The position numbers and the translations under genes are program-made. A DNA stretch of 56,709 bases, taken from positions 1-56,709 of IMG/VR virus record IMGVR_UViG_3300048009_000562; one strand, written 5' to 3'. Positions within the stretch are counted from its first letter, which is position 1. The number at the start of each line of letters is the position of its first letter. The notes beneath the pieces are model-generated. The model was not told where the DNA came from. It did not search any database and saw only the letters and a program-made list of their open reading frames with translations. Source of the stretch: a virus (taxonomy: Duplodnaviria > Caudoviricetes). Below are positions 46,644 through 55,855 of the stretch, in pieces.

Positions 46644-46860
46644 TTTTCATAAAGTAGAAATTAGTTTGTATGCAAATAAAGATACTAAAACAGCAAATGA
46701 TGCACATGCAAATTGGCTTAATTATTCTGTACAACATAGGCGCATGGCCGGCTTTAGAATTGTAATAAGTCACTGTAAACAGTTCGTAACAATGAATGAC
46801 GAAGAAGCATTTAATTATTTTTTAGATACCTGGAAACATTACAAGCGAGTTATATACTAA
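46636..46860 (+). CDS. Small hypothetical protein
   Basis: Overlaps the upstream stop and fills the gap before the next promoter. Confidence 0.5.
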   Translation: MSSFHKVEISLYANKDTKTANDAHANWLNYSVQHRRMAGFRIVISHCKQFVTMNDEEAFNYFLDTWKHYKRVIY

Positions 46861-46866
46861 ACTTCA

Positions 46867-46874
46867 GATAAATA
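46867..46874 (+). promoter_or_regulatory. Late promoter variant (GATAAATA)
   Basis: Intergenic; same GATAAATACTA core as 6124 and 14660. Confidence 0.65.
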
Positions 46875-46897
46875 CTACTGTAGATTAGGATTATAAT

Positions 46898-48400
46898 ATG
46901 GCATCAAATACAGCACCAGTAGTAGATAGAATACGCATTATACCAAGACCTGACGATTTCTTAGATCGTAATGTAGGGTCAAGTGGTGAAGTCTTCTTTG
47001 ACAAGCAAGCAAACACCTTAAGAGTTTATAGCGGAAAACTAGCTGGAGGTTATTCTGTTGTTACTGAAAACAATTTAGCAAGGAATATTGCTAATGCTAA
47101 AGTTGCAACAGTAAACTATGCTGTTAGTGTTACATCAGCACAAGGTGACGATGTTGGTAACAAATATGTCCTTAATGGAGTTTACAAACCAGATCTAAAC
47201 CTTGTTATAGGTTACACATATGTATTTGATCAAACAGATTTAACAAACGTTCATTATCCAAATCCTAATGGTGGCGGACTTAACCAACATCAACTTGCAT
47301 TTTCAACTTCGCCTAACGGTGAGTTAGATCCAGGAGAAACAGCATATGAGGATAATGTAAGATATTACATAAATGATGATCCTGTAACAAGAGCTGTGTA
47401 TTACGACAGATTTAATGAAGCAATAACCCGCCAAGTACAAATTACAATTACAACAGACACGCCTACTACACTTTATTACTGGTGTAAAAATCATACCGGC
47501 ATGGGCGGATCAATTACTGTTGCTGAGCCCGGAACAGGTAGCGGATCAGGCGGTGCAAATGTAGAAGTATCAGACACAGCACCAAATGAACCAACACAAG
47601 GCACTATTTGGTTCGACAGTACTAATGGTAGAATATTTGTATACGTAGCAGACGAAGATAGTAGTCAGTGGGTACAACCTACAGTGCCATTGCCAGCGGT
47701 TAACACATTTAAAAATATTAATGTTGTTGACGGACTAGGGTTTTCTGCAAGTGGCAACAACGATACATTAAACTTTAAAGAAGGGTCTAACATCACTATA
47801 GATGTTAACACAATTACAAATACTTTAACTATTAACAGTTCAGGCGGAGGCGCCGGCGGTGGCTCCTACGATCAGAGCCTTAACACTACCGATGATGTAA
47901 CATTTGATGATTTAACAGCAACATCACTAACAGCAGATACTATAAATGCTACATCAATACAGAATACAGGAATAGGCGCTCCGACATTTACTAGTGCCAG
48001 CACAATATCGTTTAATGCCGCAGACGGTATTAATATAGAAAACATTTTACTAACAAATGAAGTTATCTCAAGATATGACTCCCCAAGTGATACTGTTAGT
48101 ATTAGTTACGACACTGGCCCAGTTTACTATCTTACAAATTTAACAGTTCCTACTAGTTTATCGATTAGTAATGTTCCTGAAACAGATGATAGAGCAAATA
48201 ACATAGCGGTAGTAGTAGATCAAACTAGTACTCCGCAAACATTACAATTCTTAAGCATTAATGGCAGTCAGGTGACAATCGACTGGTTAGACGGAACTTC
48301 CCCAGCTGGTGTAGCACTTAAAAAACAAGTGTTTTCTTTAAGTTTGTTGAAAGTAGCAGGTCTATGGATGGCGTTTGGTAGCTCAGCAGCTTATGGATAA
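46898..48400 (+). CDS. Fibre/appendage protein with cupredoxin-like domain
   Basis: TYVFDQ...HQLAF...LYYWCKNHTGMG, plus an AP..P.QG.IWFD connector. Confidence 0.7.
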   Translation: MASNTAPVVDRIRIIPRPDDFLDRNVGSSGEVFFDKQANTLRVYSGKLAGGYSVVTENNLARNIANAKVATVNYAVSVTSAQGDDVGNKYVLNGVYKPDLNLVIGYTYVFDQTDLTNVHYPNPNGGGLNQHQLAFSTSPNGELDPGETAYEDNVRYYINDDPVTRAVYYDRFNEAITRQVQITITTDTPTTLYYWCKNHTGMGGSITVAEPGTGSGSGGANVEVSDTAPNEPTQGTIWFDSTNGRIFVYVADEDSSQWVQPTVPLPAVNTFKNINVVDGLGFSASGNNDTLNFKEGSNITIDVNTITNTLTINSSGGGAGGGSYDQSLNTTDDVTFDDLTATSLTADTINATSIQNTGIGAPTFTSASTISFNAADGINIENILLTNEVISRYDSPSDTVSISYDTGPVYYLTNLTVPTSLSISNVPETDDRANNIAVVVDQTSTPQTLQFLSINGSQVTIDWLDGTSPAGVALKKQVFSLSLLKVAGLWMAFGSSAAYG

Positions 48401-48405
48401 TTTCT

Positions 48406-49728
48406 ATGCCAAGATATAGTTCATTTAGTTCATCATTATATAATAAACCAACAGGTAAGAGCTTTACTCTTATTAGGACATTAGATAATCCTAATCCAAG
48501 AGGTATTGCTAATTCAGATGCATTTGGTACAAGTGTTGCTGTAGGTCCTAATCATATTGCTGTTGGTGCTCCAGGAGAAGACGGCGTACAAAATACACCG
48601 TCACAAGGTGCAGTTTATGTATACGATAAACAAGGATTTTATAGATTTACAGTTGAAAACCGTAATCTTTTACCACCACTAAATGCAGGTGATGGCGATA
48701 GATTTGGTACAAGTGTTGCACTTAATTCAAGGCATCTTTTAGTAGGAGCACCTGGCGAGAACCAAGTAGTAGGCAGTTCTACTGTAGACAATAATGGTAT
48801 GATTTATATTTACTCAGTCGATGATGCAACTCCAGGAACACTACTAATGAATTACGGAAGTCCAAATCCTGCTACAACTGCAGTTACGGCCAACGGTGAC
48901 GCATTTGGACAAACTGTTGCACTTAGTGAAAATTATATGTCTGCATCTGCTTATAGAGAAGACGCTGTAGGACTAGGTGATGATACAGGATACACATATA
49001 TTTACGATATAGCAGGAGTAAACATAACTGGCTGGCCACTAAGTGAAACACACAGTATAGAAAATCCTAACTTAGACACTGAAGACGAATACCCAGGCGA
49101 CCAAATTGGTGAAAAGATAAACACTTTAGCAATAACTGATACATACACAATGATAGGTAACTGGAGAGAAAACGAACCAGGAGCATTAGGACAAGGCGAT
49201 AGTGGTGCATTCTTTCTATTTAATAACAGCACAGGCGCAACAGACCAATCAATATATAATCCAAAAGATGATGCCGTTGACGCAGATGATAGATTTGGTT
49301 ATGCTGTAGACCTAAATGAAAATTTTGCAGCAGTTGGCTGTCCTGGAGAAGATACTGACGGTACTAACAGTGGCCGCGTATATGTTTACAATCCGTCAAC
49401 TGGTAATTTAGTAACAACTATTTCTAACCCAAATAATTACATCGGCAACAACAATGATAGATTTGGTGAGTCAATTGCAATTAATGATAATTATCTTGCT
49501 GTTGGAGCATTAGACGAAGACGACGATGACGGCTTCTCAAGCGGAGTAGTGTATATTTTTAACACATCGGATTGGACTTTAGTCACCACATTAACTAATC
49601 CAAATAAATACTCTACAAGTACTAACGATAAGTTTGGTTATACAATTAGAATGGACGATGAGGTTTTAGTAGTAGGTGTCCCTGCAGAAGAAGCAGGTAG
49701 TGGCGCTGTTTATATTTACAAGGTTTAA
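48406..49728 (+). CDS. FG-GAP (integrin-alpha-like) beta-propeller protein
   Basis: Repeated D.FG.SVA...VGAPGE...G.VY.Y blades. Confidence 0.88.
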   Translation: MPRYSSFSSSLYNKPTGKSFTLIRTLDNPNPRGIANSDAFGTSVAVGPNHIAVGAPGEDGVQNTPSQGAVYVYDKQGFYRFTVENRNLLPPLNAGDGDRFGTSVALNSRHLLVGAPGENQVVGSSTVDNNGMIYIYSVDDATPGTLLMNYGSPNPATTAVTANGDAFGQTVALSENYMSASAYREDAVGLGDDTGYTYIYDIAGVNITGWPLSETHSIENPNLDTEDEYPGDQIGEKINTLAITDTYTMIGNWRENEPGALGQGDSGAFFLFNNSTGATDQSIYNPKDDAVDADDRFGYAVDLNENFAAVGCPGEDTDGTNSGRVYVYNPSTGNLVTTISNPNNYIGNNNDRFGESIAINDNYLAVGALDEDDDDGFSSGVVYIFNTSDWTLVTTLTNPNKYSTSTNDKFGYTIRMDDEVLVVGVPAEEAGSGAVYIYKV

Positions 49729-49730
49729 GA

Positions 49731-51692
49731 ATGGAAAAAGAATATATTGTAGTTGTAAAAAGAGGTATAGACCTTGACGCATTTGATAGTGAATTAGCAG
49801 CAACTACCGGTATGGGTCCTATACCTAATAGAAGCGTTGAAGTAGCAAATCCTAGAATTGGCTCAAAGCGTATGACGCATTGGATGTTAACAGACGAAGA
49901 AGCAGAAGTACTCAAAGGAGACCTTAGAGTATTAAGCGTTGAAATACCACCTGATCAAAGAGATGATGTTATAATGATGCGTTCTGCGTCACAGTCAGGT
50001 ACATTTTACAGATCAATCGGCGGCACATCACCAACTGTAAATCAATATGTAAATTGGGGTCTAAGACGGTGTATCGAAAAAACTAATCCGTACGGTAATA
50101 ATAATACAATCGCAGGAAACTATGATTACGCACTAGACGGAACTGGTGTAGACGTAGTAATACAAGATAGCGGAATTGATCCTAATCATCCTGAATGGAA
50201 TAATACATCAATACAGCTCATTGATACTGTAAAAGGCGGAACTGCTACACTTAATTTTGTTGATAACAATAGAGCCACTTATGATTTATATGTACCATAT
50301 TTTGGTTTTGCTATTCCTAATTATCTTGCTTCAACAACAGGTGACCCGGCATGGGCAAGTGGACAATATGATGGCGCTGAATTTTTAATACGATTTGTTT
50401 TAGCAAACGGCGAAACCATAGAAAGAAATAGAATATTTGGCGGCGTTGGAACTGGTACAGTAACAACAGAAAAAAATACTTTTGAGATTGGTACAGATGG
50501 TACAATAGCAATTGAACAAACTAATGAAGATTTAAGACTTGAGTTAGCAACATCAGCTCAAAAAGGAGAAATACAGTTATGGTTACTGTCAGGCGGATCT
50601 AGACTACGTCAAATTGATTGGTATACTGTAAGTGGTATTTCTGGTACCCAATCTACTGAGCATTATAGAGATCGAGATGGCCATGGATCACATTGTGCTG
50701 GTATTGCTGCTGGCAGTACTTATGGCTGGGCAAAAGGCGCAAATATATACAGTCAAAAACTTGCAGGTTTAGAAACTTTATCAGGTAGCGACAATACTGG
50801 TATAGCAATTAGTGATGCATTTGATGCTATAAGACTATGGCATAATGGTAAAACATCCGGACGTCCTACAGTGGTTAATATGAGTTGGAATTATGGAACG
50901 GCAGTAATTGGTAATCCTGCATCAGGAATATACAGAGGTACTGCATGGACATATGGAGCCGACTACGATACTAGGGGCGCCTTAAATAATGCAACAGGCA
51001 TAGCACCGCCATATTTTGATGGTGGAACGCAAACTCGATTGCCTCTAAGAATCCCGTCAATTGATGCAGAGATTGAAGAAATGATAGATGCCGGTATACA
51101 TGTTTGTATTGCCGCAGGAAATAATTTTACAAAAGTTGATATAGTAGGCGGAGTCGACTATGACAATGAAGTTACATTTACTCCAGTTACAGCTAATTAT
51201 CATAGAGGAGCTTCTCCATATAGTGACGAAGCATACATAGTAGGCAATATTGACTCACAAGTTAATATAAATGTAGACAGACCTTCAGTGTCATCAAATA
51301 AAGGTCCTGGCGTAAATATTTTTGCACCTGGTGATAATATTATTAGTGCATCAAGTACTGAAGCAGATTCAAGTTATACACTTTTAGATTATCCTAGTAA
51401 TACTACATATAAAATTATGAGTATTGGCGGAACGTCGATGGCTTCGCCGCAAGTAGCAGGAGTATGTGCGTTATATTTGCAAGCAATGCCTAATCTTAGG
51501 CCAGAACAACTTAAAAATAAAATTGAAGCAGATTCTGCTAAAGATATAATATCGGACACAGGAAATAACAACGATTATTCAGCATATAATACAAGTCTGT
51601 TAGGAGGACCTAACAGACATTTATACAGTAAATATGGAATACCAACGCCTTGGGGCCTTGGCGGAACGATAAATATTAGCGGAGGCTCTTAA
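49731..51692 (+). CDS. Subtilisin-like S8 serine protease with N-terminal prodomain and internal insertion
   Basis: VVIQDSG (Asp), HGSHCAG (His), AAGN (oxyanion Asn) and GTSMASPQVAG (Ser). Confidence 0.92.
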   Translation: MEKEYIVVVKRGIDLDAFDSELAATTGMGPIPNRSVEVANPRIGSKRMTHWMLTDEEAEVLKGDLRVLSVEIPPDQRDDVIMMRSASQSGTFYRSIGGTSPTVNQYVNWGLRRCIEKTNPYGNNNTIAGNYDYALDGTGVDVVIQDSGIDPNHPEWNNTSIQLIDTVKGGTATLNFVDNNRATYDLYVPYFGFAIPNYLASTTGDPAWASGQYDGAEFLIRFVLANGETIERNRIFGGVGTGTVTTEKNTFEIGTDGTIAIEQTNEDLRLELATSAQKGEIQLWLLSGGSRLRQIDWYTVSGISGTQSTEHYRDRDGHGSHCAGIAAGSTYGWAKGANIYSQKLAGLETLSGSDNTGIAISDAFDAIRLWHNGKTSGRPTVVNMSWNYGTAVIGNPASGIYRGTAWTYGADYDTRGALNNATGIAPPYFDGGTQTRLPLRIPSIDAEIEEMIDAGIHVCIAAGNNFTKVDIVGGVDYDNEVTFTPVTANYHRGASPYSDEAYIVGNIDSQVNINVDRPSVSSNKGPGVNIFAPGDNIISASSTEADSSYTLLDYPSNTTYKIMSIGGTSMASPQVAGVCALYLQAMPNLRPEQLKNKIEADSAKDIISDTGNNNDYSAYNTSLLGGPNRHLYSKYGIPTPWGLGGTINISGGS

Positions 51693-53272
51693 TGGCATTA
51701 AATTTTCCAGCAACACCAAATGTAGATGATACATTCACAGACGGTATAACTACGTGGGTTTGGGACGGTACTTCTTGGAACGTAGTTTCAAGTGGAGGTA
51801 TATCTGCTGAACAACCAGATGCATTTAAGACATTTACAGCAGACACTGGTACTACAACAGCAGATAATGAAAACGATTCATTTGCTATAACAGGCGGCAC
51901 TGGTATAGTAACAGCAATAACTAATGACGAAGTAAGTATTAGTTTTAACGGTGCAGTTGGCGATCCTGATCAAAATTTATTTTCTCAAATTGATGCAGAT
52001 GTAGGATCTATTTCAGCATCTACACCTACTAGTACAGTAACATTTGAAGGTGGAACTAACATAGCCACACAAATTGTAGGTAATACAGTAACTATAAATG
52101 GTACTACACCTACACTTAGTATAAACGATTTATCCGATGTTGATACTTCAAATACAACTCCTGTTGCAGGTAATGTGTTAAAATGGGATGGTGCTAAATG
52201 GTCACCAGGACTTGATTCTACAACAGGCGGCGGCGGTACAGACGCTGATACACTAGATGGACAAGACAGTGTTTACTTTTTAAATTATAATAACTTTATT
52301 AACACACCTACAATACCAGCAGACCTAAGCGACTTAACAGATACTACAAGTTTATTGTTTAGTGGCGATTTTGCAGATCTAACAAGTAAACCAACTACAA
52401 TAGCAGGTTACGGAATAACAGATGCATTTGACGGATCATTTTTAAACTTATCAAATGTACCTACTACAATAGCAGGATACGGTATTACTGATGCTGTAGA
52501 AGACTTTGCTGACTTAGGAACAACTCCAACAACACTTTCAGGATATGGTATTACTGATGCACTAAGCACAAGTTCTAATCTTGCAGACTTAGCAGATGTT
52601 GGTAGTGCTGTTCCTAGTACAGGCCAAGCATTAGTATGGTCAGGCAGTGAATGGGGACCAGATTCAATTAGTGGCGGTGGCGGTGATCCAGACCAAAATT
52701 TATGGCAAACATTCAACGGTGATGCAGGTAGTGTTTCTGCTAATACAACAACAGATACATTTACATTTACTGGTGGTACTAATATAAACACAACAGTTAC
52801 AGGCGATAGTGTGCGTATTGATATGCCGGCAACATTGGGTGTTAGTAAGTATGACGACTTAGAAGAAGTTGGTAGAACTGGTAGAACAATTGACAAAAGT
52901 TATATGCCAGCTTTTGCTATGATTAGATTAAATAATGCAGGTAATACAGCATATACAGTTGACAGTCACGGATACTCAGGAAACAATCCAACACTACATG
53001 CAATAGGTGGTATGACTATTGCTTTTGACTTAGACGAAATTGGTGGACATCCATTTGAAATACAAGATGGTACAGGAACAGCATATAATACTGGACTAGT
53101 GCATGTAGATATTATTGGTAATGTGACTACAGGTACAAACGCACAAGGTAAAGATGGCGGAACATTATATTGGGAAGTACCAGAAACAATTTCGGGTAAT
53201 TACAGATATCAATGTACATTGCACCCTGCAATGGTAGGTGCTATATCTGTTAAACGTATATCAGTTATTTAA
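51692..53272 (+). CDS. Tail-fibre-like protein with PTT(I/L).GYGITDA repeats and a C-terminal cupredoxin-like domain
   Basis: MALNFPA.P...W.WDG..W start, three F..F..D.G...A modules, L.DL.DV motifs, and HPF...YQCTLHPAM. Confidence 0.75.
   Translation: MALNFPATPNVDDTFTDGITTWVWDGTSWNVVSSGGISAEQPDAFKTFTADTGTTTADNENDSFAITGGTGIVTAITNDEVSISFNGAVGDPDQNLFSQIDADVGSISASTPTSTVTFEGGTNIATQIVGNTVTINGTTPTLSINDLSDVDTSNTTPVAGNVLKWDGAKWSPGLDSTTGGGGTDADTLDGQDSVYFLNYNNFINTPTIPADLSDLTDTTSLLFSGDFADLTSKPTTIAGYGITDAFDGSFLNLSNVPTTIAGYGITDAVEDFADLGTTPTTLSGYGITDALSTSSNLADLADVGSAVPSTGQALVWSGSEWGPDSISGGGGDPDQNLWQTFNGDAGSVSANTTTDTFTFTGGTNINTTVTGDSVRIDMPATLGVSKYDDLEEVGRTGRTIDKSYMPAFAMIRLNNAGNTAYTVDSHGYSGNNPTLHAIGGMTIAFDLDEIGGHPFEIQDGTGTAYNTGLVHVDIIGNVTTGTNAQGKDGGTLYWEVPETISGNYRYQCTLHPAMVGAISVKRISVI
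52391..52561 (+). repeat. Three PTT(I/L)(A/S)GYGITDA tail-fibre repeats
   Basis: Units like ccaactacaatagcaggttacggaataacagatgca at 52391, 52460 and 52526. Confidence 0.85.
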
Positions 53273-53527
53273 TTGCTTAATAATTACTTCTATTTTTTCT
53301 TTAGTTGTAAATAAATTATGTTTTATGTCTATTAGTTGCCGAGGCTTAATATAACCACCACTACCACTTTGGTGTCCTACGTCGATATCGTTACTTAAAC
53401 TTTCAAAAGTTTTAATATATAACCCTAATTTATCTTTAATAGTGCCTTCATCTAAATTACTATATACTGTTTGATACCTATTCATATCTTTAAGCCATTT
53501 TTCAGAAGTTGTTAATCTTGGAAACAT
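53261..53527 (-). CDS. Small hypothetical protein
   Basis: Last gene of the - strand operon; overlaps the + strand stop by 12 nt. Confidence 0.6.
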   Translation of the reverse strand: MFPRLTTSEKWLKDMNRYQTVYSNLDEGTIKDKLGLYIKTFESLSNDIDVGHQSGSGGYIKPRQLIDIKHNLFTTKEKIEVIIKQLNN

Positions 53528-53530
53528 TGT

Positions 53531-53887
53531 TTATCCTATATTCTTAGAAGGCAATACAATAAACATATCGTTATCATAGTTACCGTTACTTGACTCGGTA
53601 ATTGAACAATCATCTTTTATTGCTTCTAAACAACACGGCATTAGTGGAGGTACGTGATGTGTTTGACCTTCTTGTAGTACTGTTTCAAATAACTGTCCAG
53701 TATCAGTATCAATCCATCTTAATTTAAAATGCCCTGTATTAACAAACCAAGTTTTTTCTTTTTTCACATTAAATGAAAAATTAGTTCTACTTCCGGGACC
53801 TGTAAATGCTAATATTTTTGTACAGTAATCATTTGTACTAGCAATAGTAAGTTCGTGTCCCCAGTCATATTTTTGTACATCACTCAT
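53531..53887 (-). CDS. Cupin-fold protein (phosphomannose-isomerase type II C-terminal-like), metal ligands apparently degenerate
   Basis: K..WG.E...YC.KIL.F...K..TW.V..G.F...IDT...L..G....VPP...L...I.E.S pattern. Confidence 0.65.
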   Translation of the reverse strand: MSDVQKYDWGHELTIASTNDYCTKILAFTGPGSRTNFSFNVKKEKTWFVNTGHFKLRWIDTDTGQLFETVLQEGQTHHVPPLMPCCLEAIKDDCSITESSNGNYDNDMFIVLPSKNIG

Positions 53888-54320
53888 TAGTGTCTATTAC
53901 CTTTAATACTTCAATAATTGTTGTTACCTTATTTTGAATAGTTTTATTTTGTAAAGTATTACGTAAGCCATGGTGCAATGGCTTAGGCCATTTTCCTATA
54001 CTAACCCATGCGTATCCGTCATGTTCTTTATTAAGTGTAGGTATAAATTCGTTGTCTACTACAATAAGATATGTATGAAAGAAAAAGTGGTTGTCATTAC
54101 TAACAAAACTTTCTAAAGGAACAACTTTTTTATATTCTGTTTTGCCGATCTCTTCTTGAATTTCTCTTTTAAGACCTTCCCACGGAGTTTCTTTATGTTC
54201 GTTAGTGCCGCCAACAAGGCCCCAAGAAACGTTAGACTTGTTTCCTGTTCTATGTAAAAATAAAAATCTTTCTGTGTTTAAGGAGTAGAATAATGCTCCG
54301 CTACAAACAATCTCTTTCAT
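53880..54320 (-). CDS. Nudix hydrolase
   Basis: Nudix box G-TNEHK-E-TPWEGLK-REIQEEIG, plus LNKEHDGYAW. Confidence 0.9.
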   Translation of the reverse strand: MKEIVCSGALFYSLNTERFLFLHRTGNKSNVSWGLVGGTNEHKETPWEGLKREIQEEIGKTEYKKVVPLESFVSNDNHFFFHTYLIVVDNEFIPTLNKEHDGYAWVSIGKWPKPLHHGLRNTLQNKTIQNKVTTIIEVLKVIDTNE

Positions 54321-54328
54321 ACTAATAA

Positions 54329-55855
54329 TTATGCATCAAGTAGTATGGTCCAGGTCGCTCCTGAGTATTCTCCTTCGTAGCTCTTAATCCAAAATTCGCC
54401 ATTCCATTTGTACTGAATACCTGTATTTAGATTACTAACATATGTTGCTGGTGAGCCTGTACTACCGTCATTAGCACCGCTTGCATCAAACACAACATGC
54501 CAATTAGTTCCGTCCCATTCTAGTATATCTGATTCGTTAGCAATAAAATCACTTCCGTCTGCATTTTTCCAAGCATCAGGACCGTCTTCATTATTGCTAT
54601 TACCAATATCACTTAAAATCAATAAACGTACACCTGCGCCCTTAATTTGATTTGGATCAAAACGTAATGGATCAATAATATAATCAATTGTTGTAAGACT
54701 ATTTGAACTTCTAGCAGGACCAGAAATAACTGTGTCGTCGGGTAACGTATCGCTATCAAAATCAATAACAATTTTTGTGTCATCTAAAGGATTAATTGTA
54801 AACGTACCTGTAATATAAGTATCACCATCATTAGATTTTAATAGTATTCTACTTACACCTGCTTGATATGTACCTGGATATGCTTCTACAAGTTCTGGCC
54901 AGCTAACGTCACCAACTTTATTTCTGTATACTAGTTGTGCAACGTCATTTTCTACACTTAGACCATAGTTTTGATATGTGCTACTAATACTTGTTTTATC
55001 AAATAAACGTTTAGTATTAAAGTCCATAAGTCCTGTACCTTGGTTTGGAAATTCGCCATCGTCTACAGACATTGTACTTCCGTCATTGATTCCATCAATA
55101 GGACCAGTGTTTACTCTTGTTACAAATGTAGGCTCAGTGCCGTCTATTTGTCCTGCAACAGTAGCACCTAAATTAATATCACCTTGTTGCTCATTAAATA
55201 TATTAGATATAATACTTGTTGTAACACCTAAACGTTTTACTTTAGCTGGAGGTGTTAAGTATATAGGTGTGCTAAACTGTAAATTAGCAACATCAATTTC
55301 GCTGTCTACACCGACAGGTATTGATCTAGAACTAAATGTAATACCTTCCATATTTACAACAGTTAAACTTGTCCAGTCTAAATAATTGTCTGTAGTTTGT
55401 ATTTCAAAACTAGGATTAAACAATACTAGTATTTGTTCTAATATTTGTAATTTTTGCTCTGTGTTAGAAGCCCAAATATCTGCACTTACTTTTAACGTAT
55501 AAGGTGCTGGCATATGTCTTTCTACAGTATAGTTTTTACCTTGTGTGTTAAGGTATTGTCCTGTAGCAGTATCGAATGTGCGTTCACGTACATGTCTTTT
55601 GCTTATTAGACTTGAGTCAGCTGTTCTGTCTCTATCCATTTCTAAACCAGTAACATATACAGCCATACGTGGTGCTGTGGGTATTTTATTTTCTGAGTTA
55701 TCTCTAATAATACTTGCAACCTGTCTTGTTAAGTCGCCGTACATAACAGGTACTTGTTTATCATTTCCGTGTGCATCTTGCACATTGAAATTACTCAACA
55801 TTCTTATAAGTTGTGTAATATATCTTCTAATTTGTGCATCATAAAAAAATTGCAT
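54329..55855 (-). CDS. gp15: Tail completion/sheath stabiliser, T4 gp15-like, with long C-terminal extension
   Basis: FYDAQIRRY, VPVMYG, PRMA, PAPY.L...IW.....KLQILEQILVLFNP; adjacent to the neck gene. Confidence 0.8.
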   Translation of the reverse strand: MQFFYDAQIRRYITQLIRMLSNFNVQDAHGNDKQVPVMYGDLTRQVASIIRDNSENKIPTAPRMAVYVTGLEMDRDRTADSSLISKRHVRERTFDTATGQYLNTQGKNYTVERHMPAPYTLKVSADIWASNTEQKLQILEQILVLFNPSFEIQTTDNYLDWTSLTVVNMEGITFSSRSIPVGVDSEIDVANLQFSTPIYLTPPAKVKRLGVTTSIISNIFNEQQGDINLGATVAGQIDGTEPTFVTRVNTGPIDGINDGSTMSVDDGEFPNQGTGLMDFNTKRLFDKTSISSTYQNYGLSVENDVAQLVYRNKVGDVSWPELVEAYPGTYQAGVSRILLKSNDGDTYITGTFTINPLDDTKIVIDFDSDTLPDDTVISGPARSSNSLTTIDYIIDPLRFDPNQIKGAGVRLLILSDIGNSNNEDGPDAWKNADGSDFIANESDILEWDGTNWHVVFDASGANDGSTGSPATYVSNLNTGIQYKWNGEFWIKSYEGEYSGATWTILLDA

